The notes: generated by a model from the letters alone, not told the origin. Counted from the first letter of the stretch, positions 30,971-40,855 are shown. The stretch is 64,000 nucleotides of DNA from Nitrospirota bacterium (GCA_963701855.1 CAVPBK010000005.1:128001-192000), one strand, 5' to 3'. Numbers and translations: made by a program.

Positions 30971-31896
30971 GACAGAATGTCTTTGACTCGCCGGTAGGTC
31001 ACTCGAAGCAATGCCTTCGCAAAATCACGCTGAGTCTGCACGATCGTCTCAGCCGGTACCCGGTCAACTGTAGCACAAAGGGCCTCTTCATTGACATTTT
31101 CCACGTTCGGCAACCAGGGCACAAAATAATCCGGCCATTTTCTGGCGACAATCTCAAGCAGTTTCAGAGGATTGGCTCCATGAGAATCGTCAACTCGAAG
31201 ATAAATACCTCCCTGACACCGGCTTCTCGCTGCGTACCATTCTGGCCGCCTTGGTTCAGACAGCCAGGTTGCCAATTTCTCCGGTGGCTCATTCCGCCCT
31301 AGTGAAGAAGCGTGGTCAAACGTGGGCGCCATGTCATGAGAGACCCGTCCATCTTGGTGCATGAGCCGAACGATGGCCCAATTCTCATGGTGTCGGTCCG
31401 TATTCAGAATGGTGGCATCCAGCACAAGATAGCCTGCCATCTGTCGGAAGGCCGCTGCCTGCTCCGCCGGATCAGAAAACACATGCGAGATCGCAGCCAG
31501 AATATTTTCGACCGTGTGATCGCTCTGGCGAAACTGCTTGGTCCGGTCGTATCCGAACCCGGCGCCCGCCAGCAAATCATTCCCGTGGATCAACTCTGCA
31601 CCAGGCCTGGCAAGTTCTGGGAACCGTCGGCTGATACAGCCTGGAGATCCCTCAAGTGTGGCGAGTTCCACTCGCGCATGGGGGATATGGAGCAAGCTGG
31701 CGACTTCGGCCGCGACCTTTTCGGCCCAGTGTTCACCAGTCACCTGACCATTACTGAGCCTGGCATACTTGAAGAGCCAGCGTTCGGAATCACCAGCGAC
31801 TTGCACCCACCCCTTGCGTTTACTCCCCATTTCTTCAGGAGCCAACACATCCTCATTTTTGAGAAGAATAATGGGATAGGGATCGCTGTGTGCCAT
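30967..31896 (-). CDS. HipA-like kinase
   Basis: GSKRK, WLFK, GEHWAEKVA, D..I.NTDRHHENW, APTFDHASSLG. Confidence 0.85.
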   Translation of the reverse strand: MAHSDPYPIILLKNEDVLAPEEMGSKRKGWVQVAGDSERWLFKYARLSNGQVTGEHWAEKVAAEVASLLHIPHARVELATLEGSPGCISRRFPELARPGAELIHGNDLLAGAGFGYDRTKQFRQSDHTVENILAAISHVFSDPAEQAAAFRQMAGYLVLDATILNTDRHHENWAIVRLMHQDGRVSHDMAPTFDHASSLGRNEPPEKLATWLSEPRRPEWYAARSRCQGGIYLRVDDSHGANPLKLLEIVARKWPDYFVPWLPNVENVNEEALCATVDRVPAETIVQTQRDFAKALLRVTYRRVKDILS

Positions 31897-31897
31897 T

Positions 31898-32854
31898 TCA
31901 GAGTGTGGATTGCAGGAATGGAACTTTATCCACGATCGCCGCTTGAACCTTCTCGCGCAGACACTCCTTCAAGTCTCCTTCCCGTTCAAGGAGGCGAACA
32001 ATCTCCTGCAGTGTACAAAGGCTCACTACCATTCTAGAGAGAGAGTCCTTGCAAATCGCAACAGCAGGTTCCGTGTAATCAGAATATGATATAAGAATTC
32101 CCCTGGCGCAGTTTCGATTAAAGATGCGGACCAAATGTTGCGAAACTTCCCCGGTTCCAAGAGGCTTGTCCCACCACTTCATCTCAACAAGATAGATGTC
32201 TCCATCCAACGAAATCACACCATCAATTTGCTCGACAACACCTTCCCCTGCATCTCCGACACGTTGAAAGGCTTCGCGAATAAGTATGCCGTGAAGGCCG
32301 AACAAGCGGTTGAGCACACCCTCCAACTTCCTTCCACGAAGCTGCCTATTTGTTTCAGAAAATAGAGAATAGAGATCCTGTTTTACTTCGTCGCGTTTCG
32401 AGCGTTTCTCATTCAACTCATCGACTTTTCGCTTCTCCGCCTCCATGCGCTTGTTTCGTTCTGCCTCTTGTTCCTGTCGCATCCGACCGAACGAATCTTT
32501 CACATCGATCACGCGCCGGATTTCTCCAACAAGGCCCTTCGCTTTGAGTTGGTCGTCAGGCCAACAAGTCGAGAAGTCCTCAAATTCCACTACGCGCTTC
32601 AGAACTTCACGGCGATGGCGCAGTGTTGCATCACCTCCATCGTTAATCCGTACTAGAATTTGCCTTACGATCTCGTATTTGTTGATAGTGGTTGGGGCGG
32701 CTTCAACTTTCGCACGAACATCGGCGAAGGTTGCTGGGGGCACCCCAGCTCCGTGGAAAAAAGTCAGGACATCTCTTTTGCTGCGAAACAGTAAAGGGAT
32801 TGTATCCACTAAAAGACTCATTAGTTCTGGAGGATAGTGGTGTGGAATATTCAT
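31898..32854 (-). CDS. Mrr-like (type IV) restriction endonuclease
   Basis: C-terminal EQIDG...YLVEMKW...GILIS.S.YT.PA (Mrr_cat-like PD-(D/E)xK fold); central coiled coil. Confidence 0.75.
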   Translation of the reverse strand: MNIPHHYPPELMSLLVDTIPLLFRSKRDVLTFFHGAGVPPATFADVRAKVEAAPTTINKYEIVRQILVRINDGGDATLRHRREVLKRVVEFEDFSTCWPDDQLKAKGLVGEIRRVIDVKDSFGRMRQEQEAERNKRMEAEKRKVDELNEKRSKRDEVKQDLYSLFSETNRQLRGRKLEGVLNRLFGLHGILIREAFQRVGDAGEGVVEQIDGVISLDGDIYLVEMKWWDKPLGTGEVSQHLVRIFNRNCARGILISYSDYTEPAVAICKDSLSRMVVSLCTLQEIVRLLEREGDLKECLREKVQAAIVDKVPFLQSTL

Positions 32855-32917
32855 AGGATCGTCCAATGGTGCCCCTAAAAGCCCCTACGAAAATGGATTT
32901 CCTTTACGCGTTTGGCT

Positions 32918-33748
32918 TCATGACTTCTTAGGTCGCGCACCATGTAGTGTCTTCATTCTTTCTTTGAAAGCAGTAAACTTCTCATCGTCAGTTTTCTTTC
33001 CGTTAACCACCAACAAGTCGCCCTTCAGCCAGCGGTCGATGTCATAACCTAGGCCCTTGTAATATTCGATATCGTTAGGCTCTATGTGAATCTCGTTTGG
33101 CGACAGCCAAGAAAATACTAGAGTATCGCTCCGATGGCGATATTTGAATGAAAATTTCTGACCTTTCTGAGACATTACGTCTAACAACTGATTCTGTCGA
33201 ACCTGGTAGGCGCTAACTAGTGAGTCATATGTCAGAACTTTAAAATCCTCTCTCTGTAGACCTTCGAAAGCATCCATCTTCTCTTGGTTTTTCTCAAACT
33301 CCTTGGTCCTTCCAATTACCAGAGCGTATCGAACCTTCATCTTATTACCCGCGAGAGGCTTCTTTAGCGGTGAAATCTTTTGCTCGATTATGGACGGGTT
33401 TCTCTCGATAAACGTCCTCCAATCATTGACCTGACTTATTGCCGCAGTAAGTTCTGCTGAAGGTATGGCCCTCTTTCCGAATAGCCGTTTGCTGGGATGC
33501 TCGATTTCAACAAGGACGAGCCACCAAGACGCAGAACTTTTTGTTAGATATGCAAAATCTGTCGTTAGTGAGGTATCAATCTTCAATTTCGACAATAACA
33601 GGGACAGATGTACTGAATGATTCTGTTCGAAAGGAGGGAAGAACAACTTCGTATGCTGTTCCAGATAATCCTGAAACGATTGCTCCGTTGAATCTTCAGC
33701 ATCTAATAGCTTCTTGAAATCAGGAATTATGCTTTGATGTCTCTTCAT
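32918..33748 (-). CDS. Shedu (SduA/DUF4263)-like nuclease
   Basis: E..FQ.YLE.H, TDF, LVEIE.P...LF, A.SQV.DW, LVIGR and LTYD.L motifs. Confidence 0.75.
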   Translation of the reverse strand: MKRHQSIIPDFKKLLDAEDSTEQSFQDYLEQHTKLFFPPFEQNHSVHLSLLLSKLKIDTSLTTDFAYLTKSSASWWLVLVEIEHPSKRLFGKRAIPSAELTAAISQVNDWRTFIERNPSIIEQKISPLKKPLAGNKMKVRYALVIGRTKEFEKNQEKMDAFEGLQREDFKVLTYDSLVSAYQVRQNQLLDVMSQKGQKFSFKYRHRSDTLVFSWLSPNEIHIEPNDIEYYKGLGYDIDRWLKGDLLVVNGKKTDDEKFTAFKERMKTLHGARPKKS

Positions 33749-34947
33749 GAATCGTCTCGAAACCCTGTAATCTTTCCCGAAAGCAGCCGCGGGAGCAGAA
33801 GGTCACGGGTGCGGCGGAGATTTGTGATTTGCTCGATAAGTCTCCAACAGAGTTGGGTTATCGGTTCGCCAATTTTAGCCCAAGCACCTTGGACTTCTTG
33901 GCTTGGAAGCACGATTTTGAACTGTTTAAAATCGCTTAGGATAATCCTGGGAATAGCTGCTCCAGTGACGTAATTCTTCATCCGGTCTTTGTTCTCCGGG
34001 GCGCTCAAGATGGCAGTCAGTAGATGGGGATTGATCTTCTTATTCGGACGGAGAATGGCGACAGAAGAAAGCAGAACCAATTCCAACTCGTCGCGCATGA
34101 CGAAAGTACGCTTTAGGTAATTGGCACCATCTTTTGTAATGAGTACGTCATTCTTTTGCGGTTTACAGCCATTCCTTACGAGCTGGTCAAAATCCTCTCT
34201 GCTAATGTGTCTGCACGTATCTAAGTTGAGACCCCAGGCATGCATGTCTTTCGAGGATGCCATCGGTAAGCCTTCATCGACGGACTTTGGGCTCGAGTGT
34301 GAACCGTCAGTGACCAGCTCGCAGACATCATCAATAGAGACATTATTCCAGCCCTGGGGGATGGGGCCGAGGGGGGATGGAACTATTTTGCCTTTGTCGT
34401 GGCCGGGGAAACGAAAGTGGACAAACCACTCGCGGTAGAGGGACCGGGCCATCTCTTCCAGAATCTTGATGCGCCGTTGGTTGTTCTCGATCAGCTCGTC
34501 ATAGGCGGACAGGATACCCGCAATTCGGCGTTGAGCCGAGAGCGGAGGAACTTCGATCTCTGTTTCGTTGAGAATGGTGAGCGTCAAGAATTTCGTCGCG
34601 GCACCTGTAGAGACACTGCGAAACTGTGAGAGCTTTGGTCGTAGTGCGTAGTAGAGAAACCTGGCTGTAAGAACCTGGGGGTCGCGAGTTGTTACTACAT
34701 AAGTCCGCTGATAAGCGTCAAACTTCCCGTTGAAATATTTAAGGGGATAGATGCCGTTCGCATTGTTGCCTGCAAGCAGCACACACTCGGTGTCAAAACT
34801 GTAAGTGTTGGTCCGAAGCGTCTCCTGAGAACATGTGAAAAATGGGTATTCGCCATTTGGGATAGCAGCGTTCGAATCAAGCTTACCAGTCTTGAAAGCA
34901 ACCAGCTCGCCAAGCCTCACTCTACGACATCCACTAACCATCGTCAT
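33745..34947 (-). CDS. hsdS: Type I restriction-modification specificity subunit
   Basis: Two target-recognition domains; [41 protein letters not shown]. Confidence 0.93.
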   Translation of the reverse strand: MTMVSGCRRVRLGELVAFKTGKLDSNAAIPNGEYPFFTCSQETLRTNTYSFDTECVLLAGNNANGIYPLKYFNGKFDAYQRTYVVTTRDPQVLTARFLYYALRPKLSQFRSVSTGAATKFLTLTILNETEIEVPPLSAQRRIAGILSAYDELIENNQRRIKILEEMARSLYREWFVHFRFPGHDKGKIVPSPLGPIPQGWNNVSIDDVCELVTDGSHSSPKSVDEGLPMASSKDMHAWGLNLDTCRHISREDFDQLVRNGCKPQKNDVLITKDGANYLKRTFVMRDELELVLLSSVAILRPNKKINPHLLTAILSAPENKDRMKNYVTGAAIPRIILSDFKQFKIVLPSQEVQGAWAKIGEPITQLCWRLIEQITNLRRTRDLLLPRLLSGKITGFRDDS

Positions 34948-36555
34948 GATTCCAAGATCTCTACAACGTTCTGAGCGATCGTTCGCTCAAGCTCTCGGGC
35001 CTGGACGTTCAGGATTTCTAGCTCCTCGTTGAGGGTTTCGAGCTGTTGCTTGAAATCCTCGATCGCTCACATCCTCACCGGGAGCTACGCCGACATAGCG
35101 GCCTGGGTTCAAACTCCAGCCCTGCGCTTCGATCTCCTTGATCGTGGCTGTCTTGCACAGACCTGGCACATCGGCAAACTTCAGTTTCTTGCCGAAAACT
35201 TCCTTGAGCTTGGCTTCGACCTGACCACCACCAAGGGTGAAGTCAGGCTCTTCACCTCTATACAGGCGAACGACGTTAGCTAAAAATCCGATCTGGCCTT
35301 CGGTCCAGTCGCGATGCGCTCGATCTATCTGCCGATAGATATGCCGCGCATCCAGGAAGAGAACCTTATCCGCTCGCGGGCTACGGTGCTTCCCTTTATC
35401 GAGGAACCACAGCGTGCAGGGCAGCGTGACGGTGTAGAACATGTTCGGCCCGACGGCAACGATGGCATCCACCGCGCGGGCTTCGATGAGCTGCTTTCGG
35501 ATGTCCTGCTCGGAAGAGCGGGCATCGGAGGCGGAATTGGCCATGACGAATCCCGCACGGCCAGTCCCGCTCAACGTCGAGTAGAAGAGCTGAATCCAGA
35601 GGTAGTTCCCATTGTCTGTGCGCGGCAGACCAAAGGGATACCGGCGGCCTTTCCCCACCTCGGCTTCCAGCCGTTCCTTGTCGACGGCATTTACGTTGAA
35701 CGGCGGATTGGCCAGGACGAAGTCGAACCGTCCGGTGCTGTTGTGCAGATCGTGGTAGTAGGAGATGGCTTCTTTGATGTCCCCTTCGAGTCCGTGCATC
35801 GCCAAGTTCATGCGGCAGAGCTTGACGGTATCCGATACTTTCTCCTGTCCGTGAATGGCGAGTTCGGACGACGGGTTCTTCTTGTGTTCGGACACGAATC
35901 GGGCACTTTGTACGAACATGCCGCCTGAACCGCAGGCAGGGTCCAACATACGTCCATGGTACGGCTCCAACACTTCCACCAACAGACGCACGATGCTGGA
36001 TGGCGTATAGAACTCGCCGCCCTTTGATCCTTCTGTGCGGGCGAATTCGCCGAGAAAGTATTCGTAGATGCGACCGAAGGCGTCATAGTCGATGGTAGCG
36101 GGGATTTCGGAGACCCGCTTGAGGAGTTCTTTCAGCAGCGTGCCGGTGAAAATTTCGTATGTCTTGGGCAACACCCCGGCGAGTTGGACATTGTGCTTTT
36201 CAATGTCCCGCATGGCTTCGTTGATCGCCTTACCAGCATTGCTTCCCTCTGGCAGATGCAGGAGTTTCTCAAAGCGAGCGTTGGGCGTGAGATAGAGCAC
36301 CCCTTCGGCATTATAGGCGGCTGGATCGTCCATACGGGAACCGCGGCGAGACGAGGCTGCGGTCTTTTCTAGCGTCGTTCGCCGTTTGGCGAAACGAGTA
36401 TCGGCGAAGCGCAGGAAAATGAGGCCAAGGACTGGGGTAGAGTATTGCGCAGAAGTCAGGCCGCTATTGGCCCGAAGCTGATCTGCTGCGGCCCACAGGC
36501 GATTTTCCAGTGTGTCGGTGGAGATGTCTTTTTCGGAGGGAGCGATCCACTGCAT
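34944..36555 (-). CDS. hsdM: Type I restriction-modification N6-adenine methyltransferase (apparent +1 frameshift near 35063)
   Basis: [32 protein letters not shown]; removing one base restores [14 protein letters not shown]...ILES with a stop overlapping the hsdS ATG. Confidence 0.93.
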
Positions 36556-36591
36556 CCGGTGACCTCGGCAATAGACTTCTGAAGAGGCAAG

Positions 36592-36758
36592 AGAATACCC
36601 CTTTCGCCGAGAGAAATCACTCCGCCCGTTTGGGGAAGTTCTGAGTGATGAGTTCTGGGTTCTGAGTTGTCTGGTCCAGTACTGAGATGTAGGAGAAGGG
36701 CTGAGGGGGTCTGTCTGGTCTATCTTGTTTGTCTGGGTTGTTTCGTTCGTCTGGTTTG
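36592..36758. repeat. About 165-bp direct repeat, copy 1 (upstream of hsdM)
   Basis: Near-identical to 37483-37650; contains TCTGAGT-like heptamers and GTCTGGT-rich 9-mers. Confidence 0.85.
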
Positions 36759-36872
36759 CCTTGTTGGCCGGACCGGAAACCCATCAGAGGAACCAAAGAA
36801 ACCAGATGGATAAGAGAGACGTGCGCACTGCAATGGTGGGCGAAGATTATTCGTATTCTGCGCGTGGGTGGC

Positions 36873-37172
36873 TCAGCGGACGAGAGCGGGAGATTTCAGA
36901 GTCAGGGACTGAGGAGGAGCGGCGGAGCTCTTTGGCGGGAGTCCACCCCAAATCAGGACATCGGGGCAGAGGTCGGCCCCATTCGGCCAAACGACCGTCC
37001 CTGATTCGACTTTAACCTGTCGAAAAGCGAGAGGGTCTTTGCCTATGGTCTCGAACATCGGACCCGTCAGCAGATCGGCAATATCGCGCTCAACGATCGA
37101 TTCATCAGTCAGCGTAAGCCGAAGCCGAAAGCTTTCCACCGGCAGGACTTCACGAATCCGAAGCAAGGACAC
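36873..37172 (-). CDS. DUF2442 family protein (putative antitoxin)
   Basis: LRLTLTD...GPMFE...F.QV.V..GTVVWPNGADLCPDVL. Confidence 0.8.
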   Translation of the reverse strand: MSLLRIREVLPVESFRLRLTLTDESIVERDIADLLTGPMFETIGKDPLAFRQVKVESGTVVWPNGADLCPDVLIWGGLPPKSSAAPPQSLTLKSPALVR

Positions 37173-37189
37173 AGGCGAGTCTCCTCGTA

Positions 37190-37450
37190 TTACTCAAGCG
37201 GGGCGATGGGTGCGGGCGTGCGGCCACTACGTGCCAGATCCCAATCCCGCCGCAGTTCGTCCCGATGCAATACTGCCCATTCTACCACTAGAGCCAGCGC
37301 TCGGCGAGGCAATTCCCCCCGCACCACGACCAAGGTGTCAATTTCGATCAAGACTTCATCCTCTCCATAGACCGCATGAAAGTGTGGCGGATCATGGTCA
37401 TTGAAATACATCCGGATAATGATACCGAAGAAACGACAGAGTTCAGGCAT
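37190..37450 (-). CDS. DUF4160 family protein (putative toxin)
   Basis: MPELCRFFGIIIRMYFNDHDPPHFHA.Y...LV.EWA..H..EL...W...PIAPLE. Confidence 0.85.
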   Translation of the reverse strand: MPELCRFFGIIIRMYFNDHDPPHFHAVYGEDEVLIEIDTLVVVRGELPRRALALVVEWAVLHRDELRRDWDLARSGRTPAPIAPLE

Positions 37451-37482
37451 CCTCACTTCTCCGAGTCCTTCGTTGCCGCCGC

Positions 37483-37650
37483 AGAATACCCCTTTCCCTT
37501 AGAGAAAGCACCCCGCCCGTTTGGGGAAGTTCTGAGTGATGATGTTCTGGGTTCTGAGTTGTCTGGTCCAGTACTGAGATGTAGGAGAAGGACTGAGGGG
37601 GTCTGTCTGGTCTATCTTGTTTGTCTGGGTTGTTTCGTTCGTCTGGTTTG
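37483..37650. repeat. About 165-bp direct repeat, copy 2 (upstream of the DUF4160 gene)
   Basis: Near-identical to 36592-36758. Confidence 0.85.
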
Positions 37651-37740
37651 TCTAGGTTATGACCCAAGGGAACCAGATAGACCAAAGAAATCAGATGAAC
37701 AAGTACGACGGGTGGGATGGGGGAACTTGAGGCGGGAGCC

Positions 37741-38022
37741 TTAGCGACTGCCGGCCTTGATCTCGTATGTCGGGATCGGCGTTCCTGTCACACGTGCATA
37801 GAGGACAGCGGGATCGAGGTCGGCCCCGTTCGGCCAATAGATGGTGTCCAGGTCCGGATGCACGCGAAGTTCTCGGAAGCGATTGAGGTCTTTGAGGGCG
37901 GCAAAGACACCCTCAAACCGCATGGTGGCTGAGAGATCAAGTTCGCCCACCACTCCATCTTCAAATCGGAGGCGGACGTGGTAACCTTCCAGCGCGGTGG
38001 CTTCTACGATATCTCTCAGCAT
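37741..38022 (-). CDS. DUF2442 family protein, second copy
   Basis: VRLRFEDG...GVFAALKD...F...TIYWPNGADLDPAVLY. Confidence 0.8.
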   Translation of the reverse strand: MLRDIVEATALEGYHVRLRFEDGVVGELDLSATMRFEGVFAALKDLNRFRELRVHPDLDTIYWPNGADLDPAVLYARVTGTPIPTYEIKAGSR

Positions 38023-38027
38023 TCGCC

Positions 38028-38200
38028 TTACTCCAGCGGCTTGATCTTCTTGAGCGGTGCCCGTTGCTCCGCTAGTGTCCAGTCGTCTCTCAACTCGTCC
38101 TGATGACGTGCGCCCCACATAGCAACTAACCCCAATGCCCGTGGTGGCAAGTGGCCTTCTAATAGCATTAGCGAATCGATTGCCATTATAGCCTTATAGG
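38028..38200 (-). pseudogene. 5'-truncated DUF4160 gene
   Basis: Only the C-terminal half is present (LEGHLPPRALGLVAMWGARHQDELRDDW...IKPLE); the H.PPH motif is missing. Confidence 0.7.
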
Positions 38201-38325
38201 TCGGAAAACAGGGACATTCTACGTTTCCACCAGTTTCTGCGGGCGGTTGATCAGTCCGAGGCATGCATCGAGTCCCGCTCGAGGCTATCGAGGGAAAAGG
38301 GGGTAGGGGGAATATTTAGGTCGCG

Positions 38326-38449
38326 CAGGCTGCTCAAAAAGGCCTTCCAGCAAGGCCGCAGCGAGTGAAGACCGGAAGCGTACCCTCTGGGGTACGTTGA
38401 GGATCTGAACGATGCGAGAACGAAGCTGGCGGGCTTTTTCAGCAGCCTG
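38326..38449. repeat. MITE-like intergenic repeat
   Basis: TIRs CAGGCTGCTCAAAAAG / CTTTTTCAGCAGCCTG; internal GCGTACCC...GGGTACG hairpin; homologous to 23185-23308. Confidence 0.8.
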
Positions 38450-38452
38450 CCG

Positions 38453-38851
38453 TTATTGAATGCCTGCCTGGCGCTGCAGCCACCGCACATACTTCACGAT
38501 CTGATCGACATCCGCCGGAGTGACGGCGTCGATCTTCGGCATGTTGCCGAATTCCCAGTGGTGTGCCTTGACGCCGTTGGCCGCCGCCCGTTTGAAGGCC
38601 TCATCCCCGTGGTGGTTCGGCTCATAGACCTTGTGTACTAATGGAGGTCCGTGGTCGGTTCCCGCCGCTTGTTTTCCGTGACATGCCGAACAGTTCGCGT
38701 TGAATGTGGTTTCGCCCATTTGGAATTCGGCAGGCACAGGACCGCTTGCGGCTGTTGGCTTGGGGGGCTCCGAGGAATCGCAAGCCGCGAGGAGGCCCAA
38801 GCCTAGCACACACACTCCGATCTGAAGCTTTGATGTCATCCTAATCTTCAT
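38453..38851 (-). CDS. Monoheme cytochrome c lipoprotein
   Basis: Lipobox LAAC; CSACH; GPPLVHK.YEPNHH.D..F...HHW.FGNMP. Confidence 0.85.
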   Translation of the reverse strand: MKIRMTSKLQIGVCVLGLGLLAACDSSEPPKPTAASGPVPAEFQMGETTFNANCSACHGKQAAGTDHGPPLVHKVYEPNHHGDEAFKRAAANGVKAHHWEFGNMPKIDAVTPADVDQIVKYVRWLQRQAGIQ

Positions 38852-39073
38852 GGAATCAGCACCTCTGATCTTGTTCATTTGGTCTGTCCGGTTTGTTTGG
38901 TTGAACAGGCGAACCGAAACCTGAGGAGGTACCGACCGCACTCCGTGGAGCCGTTCGCCCGTACATATGGATCTTGGCGAACGGAAAAACCCCTCCAGCA
39001 CTTCCGATCTCTGAAAATCTCAATCGGTACGTTGAGGATTTCGATGAGCCGGGAACGACGCTGGCCGCCTGTT

Positions 39074-39778
39074 TCAACAGCCTGAGGTTATCGCATATGC
39101 GATGGGATCTACAACCCCCACCTTCGCAAATCCTTCGCGTCGAATCACGCAACTATCGCATCGTCCACAAGCCTGGTCTCCTAACGGATCGTAACAACTA
39201 TGGGTCAGATGAAACGGAACATGCAGGTCGATCCCTTGTCGGATGATTTCCGCTTTCGTCAGCATCAGCAAGGGGGCTTTGACATGGAGGGGGTTTCCTT
39301 CCATGCCGGCTTTCGTACCTTCCTTTACTGCCGATTCAAACGCGCGAATGAATTCAGGCCGGCAGTCTGGATAGCCTGAATAGTCGAGCACGTTCGCGCC
39401 AAAATAGATGAGAGACGCGCCCACGGCCTCCGCATGCGCTGCCGCAATCGAGAGAAAGATGAGATTCCGCCCTGGCACATAGGTGGCAGGAATGGTTCGG
39501 CTACGCTCGTTGCTTGGGCGGTCTTTGGGGACTGCCGCCGGGCCGGTAAGCGCCGACCCGCCGATGGCACGAAGATCCAGATTCATCACCAGATGGTTTG
39601 CTACCCCCAAGGCAGCTGCGACCTGCCGAGCCCGCTCCACCTCCACCGCATGGCGCTGCCCGTAGGCCATCGTGAGGAAAAAGAGCTCGCAACCATCCCG
39701 CTTGGCAATGGCCGCCGTGACGGTGGAATCCAGCCCTCCACTTGCCAAGACGACCGCTCGATTTCCTGTCGGCGTCAT
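39074..39778 (-). CDS. queC: 7-cyano-7-deazaguanine synthase
   Basis: SGGLDS, YGQRH, TYVPGRN, DYSGYPDCRPEF, SCY...CG.CDSC. Confidence 0.95.
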   Translation of the reverse strand: MTPTGNRAVVLASGGLDSTVTAAIAKRDGCELFFLTMAYGQRHAVEVERARQVAAALGVANHLVMNLDLRAIGGSALTGPAAVPKDRPSNERSRTIPATYVPGRNLIFLSIAAAHAEAVGASLIYFGANVLDYSGYPDCRPEFIRAFESAVKEGTKAGMEGNPLHVKAPLLMLTKAEIIRQGIDLHVPFHLTHSCYDPLGDQACGRCDSCVIRREGFAKVGVVDPIAYAITSGC

Positions 39779-39919
39779 CGATCCTACTCCCGTAAGTGGC
39801 ACAGGGTACCAAGTGCGGTCACAGAACACGAGCCTTGCCTGAGGAGGGAACAACCAGCAGTCAGCGAAAAAACTATTGTGGCGGGATGGAGATTCGATGG
39901 TCCGCGCGTATGGGACACG

Positions 39920-40040
39920 TCAAGTCTGTTTGGTTTATCTGATCTGTCTGGTTTGTTTTGTTGCGTGACCCCAGAGAAACCAAACAAACTAAATAAACCA
40001 AATAAACGAGACAGACCGGACAAACCAAACAGATCAGAAT
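39920..40040. repeat. Imperfect inverted array of 9-nt repeats
   Basis: TCTGTTTGG/TCTGGTTTG units facing AAACCAAAC/CAAACAGA units; similar to 36710-36820, 37600-37700 and 38864-38920. Confidence 0.6.
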
Positions 40041-40094
40041 GACGAGATGAAGACCACGTGAGGCAGGGACATGATCGATCGCGTGGAGAAATAG

Positions 40095-40661
40095 TTAGTC
40101 GCGATCTTCTTCTCGCTCGATCTTTTCCAGCAGCTCTTCTTTCGACTGACACTCGACGCAGAGTTTTGCGAATGGGACGGCTTCCAATCTCCGCTCACTG
40201 ATCTCTACGCCACATTCCGCGCAGATACCATAGGTGCCCTCGTTGAGCCTCGTCAACGCTTCATCGATGGCCTGCCGGCGGCGATTGCGCATTTCCATTA
40301 AGGAAATGCCCAGCTCGCGATCGAGATCCATGAGGGCTTGGTCGCCGACGTCGCGTGCAGATTCAAGCCGCCGCTGTTTATCTTCGATAAGGGATTGGCC
40401 CAGACTCCCCTCAATCTCTTTGATAATTTCCTGGCGCTTCCGCATCAACATCTGATGGAGGACTTGGCGCCGGCGCTCTCGGTCTTCTCGTTCCTTAGCC
40501 GATTCTTTCGGTTTGGCAGCCAGGGGAGAGACGGTCATGCTGATAGATTTCTCGGGGACCACAACTGGGGTGCGCTTTGGTTTGCTCGCTGGTTTCTCGA
40601 TCTTCGCCCGTATCTTGGCTTTCGCTGCCGGTTTTTTCTTGGCGGGGGTTTTTGTTGCCAT
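40095..40661 (-). CDS. dksA: DksA/TraR C4 zinc-finger protein with Lys-rich N-terminus
   Basis: D.GDQA coiled-coil tip; GTYGICAECG..I...RLEAVPFA.LCVECQ. Confidence 0.85.
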   Translation of the reverse strand: MATKTPAKKKPAAKAKIRAKIEKPASKPKRTPVVVPEKSISMTVSPLAAKPKESAKEREDRERRRQVLHQMLMRKRQEIIKEIEGSLGQSLIEDKQRRLESARDVGDQALMDLDRELGISLMEMRNRRRQAIDEALTRLNEGTYGICAECGVEISERRLEAVPFAKLCVECQSKEELLEKIEREEDRD

Positions 40662-40855
40662 GGCAGATACTACTCCTCTGGTGAACGTCGAATAACCGAA
40701 AAAAGTTCGGCATTCATAGCATGGCACTCTCGCATTTTACAAGCGGTTGTGGAGAAGAAGAGGCTGGGAGCCTCTAGCAGGTTGCGGGGGAAAAACTAGC
40801 ACGGCACGAGGTAACTCAACGGTCTGCATGTGTAGGACAACAGAAGAACCCTGCG

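Noticed and set aside
36592..37700. CRISPR array or integron
   Set aside because: Only two long repeats, no regular repeat-spacer period, and no cas or intI gene.
39074..39778. queC as part of a 7-deazaguanine DNA-modification or Qat-type defence system
   Set aside because: Typical housekeeping length and motifs, adjacent to dksA and apt, with no dpd or qat partner genes in the window.
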